Assembly: GCA_051942205.1 (NCBI GenBank)
Contig: JAVECO010000197.1
Coordinates: forward strand, 1 to 40,281
Direction: 5' to 3'
Length of the DNA stretch: 40,281 bases
From: Coniocarpon cinnabarinum
Taxonomy: Eukaryota
The notes under the pieces were generated by a model. The model saw only the letters and a program-made list of their open reading frames with translations. It had not been told where the DNA came from and did no database searches. Both the position numbers and the translations under genes were made by a program. Position 1 is the stretch's first letter; each line of letters begins with the position of its first letter. Positions 33,695 through 40,281 of the stretch are shown in pieces.

Positions 33695-35431
33695 ATGTCG
33701 TCTCTCAGTTCGATCATCCACCGTGAAACCTGGGTACAACGCCGCCCTGAGGCAGCACACCGCGCTGCTGAGGCTCACCGCGCTGAGGAGGCACGCCCTG
33801 CCGCTCCTGCTAGCATTTCGTCTGGCGCCCGCCATGGCGATGACAATCGTAAGTGGTGTAGCCTTGGAGATGATGTGCATGACTTATACTGATCAATCCC
33901 ACAAGATTCTGGACCTGCCTCGGCGCATGGCTCCACTGACGGGACTCAGCCGTCGACTGCTGTGAATTCGACTCCCTACCGTGGCCAGGACGCGGAAAAA
34001 GGCTCCGTCAACGCGCGCCCCCAAGAGGGAGAGGGCCCGGGAGTCCTCGTTGTCCAGGCGTGCTTTGAGCACTACCACCCAGATGAGGCTCGGAACCTGA
34101 CCCACGCTGAGCACCGCCATGCCGAGCAGATTGTTGGCAAATTCCTCCTTGACCACGGACCCATCGGGCGCTTCATGCAGGCGCCAGTTGTCACCCCGAC
34201 CCCGACCAAGACTTGGATGGTCGAATTCAAGAAGATCAGCAGTGCCAATAATGTGATCGACATTACGCGCACCCATCTTGGAGGATTTGGCCGTGTCTTT
34301 GTGAGTTGATTCTTCCAATTCACATCATTCGCTTGATCTGACATCAAATTAGGGGTTGAAAATTTGGGCTCTACTCTTCCAGCCCGTCCATGGACTTGAC
34401 ATTGCTGTTCACCACCCCTTGAAAGCAATCTCACTCCTTCCCAAAGGGACCTCCGATGGAGACACAACCATCGGTCTCTATGAGCGTGCCATGGTTCGCC
34501 GCATGCTTCCTCGCGGCAGAGGTAATTCCATCATCACTGCTGTTCGCGAGGCAATGCAGTACCACACCGGCACTAAGCGCGCCGAAGACTTCGCGCTGAT
34601 CTTCAGCGTTGAGTACTTACCTACCATGTTCGTCAGTGTTGGGAAGCGCGAGTACAGCAATGTCATCGTGGGTGCCAGTATTCGTGCTGGCCATGACGTG
34701 CGTACGACGGTCATGATCCGCAACATTCCCAATGCCCTCCAGCATGATGACCTTCTGCTGCTTCTCAACGACAACGTCCCGGGCAAATTCGACTTTGTGT
34801 ATCTGCGCATGGACTTCCACAACGGCAACAACGTGGGGTATGGGTTTGTGAATTTTACCGACGCTGTGGCCATTCTTGAATTTATTGACGCAGTGGCTTT
34901 CAAGAAGTGGTAAGCCAAGCCACTTGAGCGCCGAGGTGCAGCTCAACTGATCTTCAATAGGACAAACTCCACGAAAGTCGCAGAGCTCTGCTACGCGACT
35001 TGGCAGGGCCAGGCCGCATTTATTGACAAGTTCCGCAACAGTGCGGTCATGATGCAGGAGTACGCCTTCCGTCCAAAGCTCTACTACACACTCTTCGATG
35101 GCCCGCTTCTTTGTGGACTTGAGCGCGAGTACCCCGCTCCTGACAATGCCACAAAGCTCAATCAATCGATGATTAATGCCGGAAGCTTCGGTATGGACAC
35201 CTGTCTCTAATCTTTTTGCCAAGCGGACGACTGACCATCTTTCAAGGCCTGTTTCCGGCCCGCAATCGTGGGCCAGAGGCCGGATCGTTGGCCGCGCGCC
35301 GCCGCCATGGTATATTTGATCGCGGAACCACGTTCGATCTTTATGAGCAGGAGATGGATCCATTCGTTGCACCTGCGGACGCTTTCCAACAGATGATGGC
35401 TCAGAATCCGTTGGCCGCCCGTTGCATGTAA
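33695..35431 (+). CDS. mei2: Mei2-like RNA-binding protein with a C-terminal RRM_2/RRM3 domain, about 506 aa
   Basis: Exons 33695-33848, 33906-34300, 34353-34909, 34961-35190 and 35247-35431 total 1521 nt. DVRTTVMIRNIPN, GKFDFVYLRMDFHNGNNVGYGFVNF and YATWQG...KFRNSAVM...FRPKL. The start codon is uncertain, and this may be a paralogue rather than the orthologue. Confidence 0.85.
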
Positions 35432-36330
35432 TGACCATTGGTATTATTGCATACCTTGGTAAGCAGTCCCACCTTCAGGTGCCTCTATGCTCACAGCATG
35501 CTGATACACAAGTTATAGTGTTGGTCTCGATAGGGATCTTTGACAATTTGCATTGGCGATTTGAATGACTCAAAACATTCGATAACGCACATCACAATGC
35601 TTGAAGATCGCTTGTCGCTTGTTTATGCTTTCTGGGCCACATCTAGGGTCCCCTACCGTCAACTCAGTGATGTTGACCATTTCGTTTCCGTTCCATGTCC
35701 CAGCATACATCATTGCTGGATGTGGATAGCTAGAACTCTATGTAGCTACGTGGCCGCACTGATGTGCAAATGGCCCTCAATGCTCAAGACGGCATTCTCC
35801 CTGAGCATTGCGACCCCTGTCTTCCGCCTTCTTCTATTCTATGCTTTATCAATGTAGATCCGCAATTGCGTTGTCTGAGCTCGAGTGGAAAATTTCCCCG
35901 AAGTCACGTCGCAGATCTGCTGAGCTCTTCGACATCACTGCTGTGACCATCACGCAGGGACAAGAGCAATCAAATGCGCCGTGAGGAGCTCACAAAGCCA
36001 CGCACCTTCGATTAGTCGTGGAAGCATGGGAATTGCCACATTTGGTAGTCTGTGATAGATAATTCACCTGCTTGTCTCCTTGCCCATGCAGCCGCGTGGA
36101 CGACAAGGGTAATGGGACTGCCGCGCAGTGACATTGTTATGCTGAAATAGAATAGCGGATGACTTTGAACTTCCGGCGCCTCCAACATGAGCGAATCCAC
36201 ATGGAAGCTAGGTATGAACTGAGACACGGATGACTAAATCGGAACTATTGTAGGGACGCGTCTGGATCTGCTATAACGCCCCAGGGGAACATGATGGGAT
36301 GAGCTAATCTTTGCGACGACGATTGCGATC

Positions 36331-39300
36331 ATGGCAAAAGCACCGCATCGTCAATTAGCACTCATCGCTGCCAACCTGCTGCTTCCCATATCGCTTATTG
36401 TGTTTGCTTCCGGATTTTTTCCTCACAAGCCATTTATCCCTGGCTATGCTGAATACGAGAGTCTCGATGGGGCGTCACCTCCGTCTGCTCCCTTTGACAA
36501 GATCGTTTTCATGGTTGTTGATGCCTTGAGGAGGTATGATTGCTTCAAATTTACCATACTGAACCCTTCGCTAATTGAGACGAGTGATTTTGTTTTCGCT
36601 CCGGGATCTGGCTTTGAGTTTACGCAAGGGTGGGTAAATCTGCGCATATCGCCACTGTACGCGGTATTAACCAGGCGCAGACTCATTCGGAAGGGTCATG
36701 CCATTCCTTTCACGAGTCATGCTCAGGCTCCCACAGTCACCATGCCGCGCATCAAAGCTCTCACTACTGGATCAATTCCGTCTTTCCTGGACATGGTGCT
36801 TAACATTGCTGAATCTGACACGAGCTCCTCTCTTGCAAACCAAGACAGCTGGATTGCCCAGATGAAAGCTAAAAACACCGGCAAATTGGCCATGTACGGG
36901 GACGACACTTGGTTGAAACTCTTTCCGAATACCTTTGACCGTGCGGATGGCACATCAAGCTTCTTCGTCTCGGTAAAGAAACCGTACTGGGAGCTAGTTT
37001 GACATCAAGCTGACCTGACTGAAGGATTATACCGACGTTGACCACAATGTCACGCGTCATGTTCCGTCAGAGCTACTGAATGATGATTGGAATGTCATGA
37101 TCATGCATTATCTTGGTCTAGATCATATAGGACACAAGTCTGGATCATCTAGGTGAGTCGTTATTCTCAGCTGTTACCTGAAGGGCGCACCGCTCTGACG
37201 GCATCAGCATCAACATGGTTCCTAAACAACAGGAAATGGATGAGGTCGTGAAGCACATCTATGCAGCTTTCCAGTCCACGAGGGCATTGAAGAATTCTCT
37301 GCTCGTCCTCTGTGGAGACCATGGTATGACAGACGGCGGCAATCATGGAGGATCGGCACCTGGAGAAACTTCACCAGCCATGGTGTTTGTGTCTCCTAAA
37401 TTGAAAGCCGTCACACGAGGCGCAAATTGCCCTACACATCCAAGACGCGATCTCGAGTATTATGACCTCATCGAGCAGTCTGACATCGCTCCTACGCTCG
37501 CGGGTCTTCTGGGGTTTCCCGTCCCGCTGAACAACCTGGGTGTCTTTATCCCTCAGCTGCTTCCTATTTTCAAGAACGGTGAGCAGTCTTTGATACGATG
37601 CTGGAGACTCCGCTCACACACTTCAGAGGATGATCAGATGGAATTGTTGTATCGCAATGCGCTAGAGCTTGCAAACATAGTCAAAGAAACATTTCCTCAT
37701 GAGATCTACACCGCAGAAAACAGCGTTCCTAATTGCAACCCTCCCTCAACCACCACTGATGAGCTGGCTTGTCTTTGGGCTACTGCGACATCCAGTCTCA
37801 AAGAACGGCCGTGGTCTGTGAAAGCGAGCCAAGCTCCTCTGCTCAAGGTGAGCTAAACTTCTACTGAATCGCGAACTATAGCAATGGCTAAGACGGACCA
37901 GTTCTGCTACCGAGCGCAAGCTTCTTTGAGCAGCATCGCAAGCAATTACAACGCCGTTCGACTGTACCTTGGAATTATATTGGCAGTTGCCGCCGTCAGC
38001 CTTGTCGCACCCTCCGTTCCTCCACAGGAATTTCAGCCCACTATTACCGTGGAAGACGGCTGGTTGGTGCTCACATCTGGGCTTCATATAGTTATGATGT
38101 TTGGGAGCAGCTACGTTGAAGAGGAGCAACAATTCTGGTATTGGATGTGTGCCGCCTGGGCCACAATCACCTGGTGAGATCTCATGGGCCCAAATCTACG
38201 CAACAATTTTTCGAGACCCAGGTTTCTGCTACAAATGACCTGAATCTGGCTGACGCAAGTGACAGGAGACCCAAAAAGCCAGTTTCGTCGCTTGCCATAT
38301 TTCTTTGTCTTCGTCTGCTTCGCCGCTGGAATCAATCAGGCCAGAAATTCGCAGGCAGTGACGACATTGTGCTCTTCCTTAGATCGAATCCCACAATGAT
38401 TGCCATCTCTTGTGCTATTGCATACGCTATTATTTTTTACCATCTCATCAGCGCACTCACGCCTGACGCCGAAGAAGAAGCCACTTCGCAGCTGCGGCTA
38501 CCCTTCTCGAGCGCGTCGCTGCAAACGCTCTCGATTGTCACGCCACTGATGCTCTTCAAGCTCATGTTCACATTCAACGACGCTCCCGAGCTGTTCTCCG
38601 GCTACGATGAGGTCTTACAAGGAATGAACAGAACACCCTTTTTCAACGACCTCGTCTCACTTGCTCGAGCGGTGTGGATTGCCTGCCTTATTCCCCTTGT
38701 ACAACTCCTCTGGAGACGGCACTCGAAGGTAGAGAAGAAACGTCACATCCTGATTGCGGTTCTGACTGCCTTCCTTGCCAATCAGCTCCGCGCCACGAAC
38801 ATTCCCACCCTCATCATCTTCCAATCCATTTGCTTCATCCTCACCCGCAGAAGCGACATGAACAGCAGCCAAATCAGCCTCTGGACCCTCCTCCTCGCAC
38901 ACGTCTCCTTCTTCGCTCTCGGCGGCACAAACGGCATCAGCAGCATCGATCTCAGCAACGCCTACAACGGCATCAGCGGCTACAAGCCCCTCCCCGTGGG
39001 CATCCTCCTCTTCGTCTCCAACTGGGCCGGCCCCATTTACTTCAGCATCAACGGCATCATCACGCAGCTCGACCGCAGACAGAAGATGGCGCCGGATGCG
39101 GCCACAGAACGAGAGGGTCAGGTGCGAGGTATTGAGCAGGAACAGGAGCTGGAGACCAAGTGGGATACCTATACCCAACACGTCAGTAAATTGACGTGGT
39201 TTATGTGTGCGGCTGTTTTCGGGGTCGAGATGGCTTGCTGCTTGCTGCGGGAGCATCTGTTTGTGTGGACGGTGTTTAGTCCCAAGTTTTTGTACGTGGG

Positions 39301-39373
39301 GGCGTGGGTCGGTGGATGGCACTTGGTTGTCAACGTGATTGTTGGAGCACTGATTGCTTGGCTCCTCGGATAA
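36331..39373 (+). CDS. GPI7: GPI ethanolamine phosphate transferase 2 (Gpi7/Las21/PIG-G)
   Basis: Introns at 36534-36584, 36630-36680, 36973-37024, 37153-37207, 37579-37626, 37848-37901 and 38174-38265. Motifs VVDALRSDF, PTVTMPRIKALTTG, GDDTWLKLFP, HYLGLDHIGH, GDHGM...GNHGG, SSIDLSNAYNG and REHLFVWTVFSPK. Confidence 0.95.
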
Positions 39374-40125
39374 GCCTGCTAGCTGTGCAACGAGGCTTTC
39401 ATGGCACTTTCCGACACATCGACATGGCGTTCTTGGGAGGTTGTAGTTCCAAACAGAAATCGATCAAACGTGAAGTTGTTACTCGACGCTGAAGCACAAA
39501 GTCTCACTGAGCGCAAGCAAAATAGATCATTATTCTCGTCGCGTGCTCCTCGCACTCATGAAGACGCTCTCTTCAGAGCTCTCCAAAAGAAGCGTCTCAT
39601 TCTTCATATGCTTCCCAAAGGCCGAACTTGCGTATTCTCACTCCAACAAAATTCAATACCATGGCTTGCCATCTCTACCGTCCGAGCCGCCTTTCAACTT
39701 CCAGAACTGAGCTCCTACTGCTGACGCAGATCTAGGTGGTCCTAGCGATGTTCGCTTTGTCATTTGAGTACGCTCCCGTGGTGTTGGAATTGGGAAATTC
39801 TCTTTCTGCCTGAGCAACGAATGCCTAACTTGGGTCCTTTTCGGACTCGTTCGACGAGCACGACTCTAGCCCTTGTGCTCTATCGTGCTGCTCTTTGGCT
39901 CAAAACCCCCTCCGCGCCCTCTTTCAGTCCCCGATGTCGAATCTACACTTCGAGCTCAATCCATGTCAGCGTCCTCTTCAGTGAGCCAGTGCTCTTGTAT
40001 TCTCAAGTGACTCGATTCCACGAGACGAAGCGAAAGACTTTACAGAGAGGCGCTTCCTTCCAGTTGAAAAGAAGGTACATTTGTTATACTTCTGATTCAA
40101 TCGAAGATCTCTGGGATCCCGCTGA

Positions 40126-40281
40126 TCATCGCCTTTCGAGGACTTCGCCTTCATCTTCTTCATCTATAGACATGTCGCCTCTTCTTCTATTGCGATCACC
40201 GCCATTTTCCCCACGACGACCACCGCCATCACCACCTTCTCGATTGTCCTCTCCAGCAATCCCCCGACCCACCCCCTTCGC
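40126..40281 (-). CDS. 3' end of an unidentified gene (Gly/Arg/acidic tail), truncated by the window edge
   Basis: Frame is open from the edge: AKGVGRGIAGEDNREGGDGGGRRGENGGDRNRRRGDMSIDEEDEGEVLERR, then TGA at 40128-40126. Confidence 0.5.
   Translation of the reverse strand, partial: AKGVGRGIAGEDNREGGDGGGRRGENGGDRNRRRGDMSIDEEDEGEVLERR

Noticed and set aside
34617..35438. 273-aa antisense ORF over the mei2-like gene, and similar antisense ORFs over SEC15 and GPI7
   Set aside because: Typical antisense shadows of codon-biased genes, with no domain signal.
35440..36330. snoRNA, riboswitch or small gene between the mei2-like gene and GPI7
   Set aside because: No convincing C/D or H/ACA box pair, TPP aptamer or spliced ORF seen by eye. 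An Infernal/Rfam scan would be needed.

Overview
Eukaryotic window from a compact, intron-containing filamentous ascomycete genome (Pezizomycotina, inferred from short GT-AG introns with CTRAY-type branch sites and the gene content). Most of it is housekeeping genes: copper amine oxidase, CAF1/POP2, complex I B12 subunit, promethin-like protein, RPA49, TOM7, SF3B4/HSH49, a UPF0357-type protein, a FAD/folate mitochondrial carrier, a NIPA-type Mg transporter, a WDR70-like protein, RPL28, SEC15, a Mei2-like RRM protein and GPI7. There are partial genes at both edges. I rebuilt exon structures by hand, which recovered genes the ORF track misses or fragments. The least ordinary items are: a 5-exon, 230-aa orphan gene (1481-2487, minus) that is full length only if a GAG 3' splice site is used; a second required GAG acceptor in GPI7 and many RAG acceptors overall; a short, divergent Mei2-like gene; and two multi-kb gaps (about 2.5-6.4 kb and 21.8-27.1 kb) with spliced-leader-like signals, a 38-bp minisatellite and possible decayed coding sequence. 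I found no CRISPR array, tRNA, rRNA or intact transposon, and no multi-gene novel system that I can support. Family assignments come from motif recognition, not database searches.
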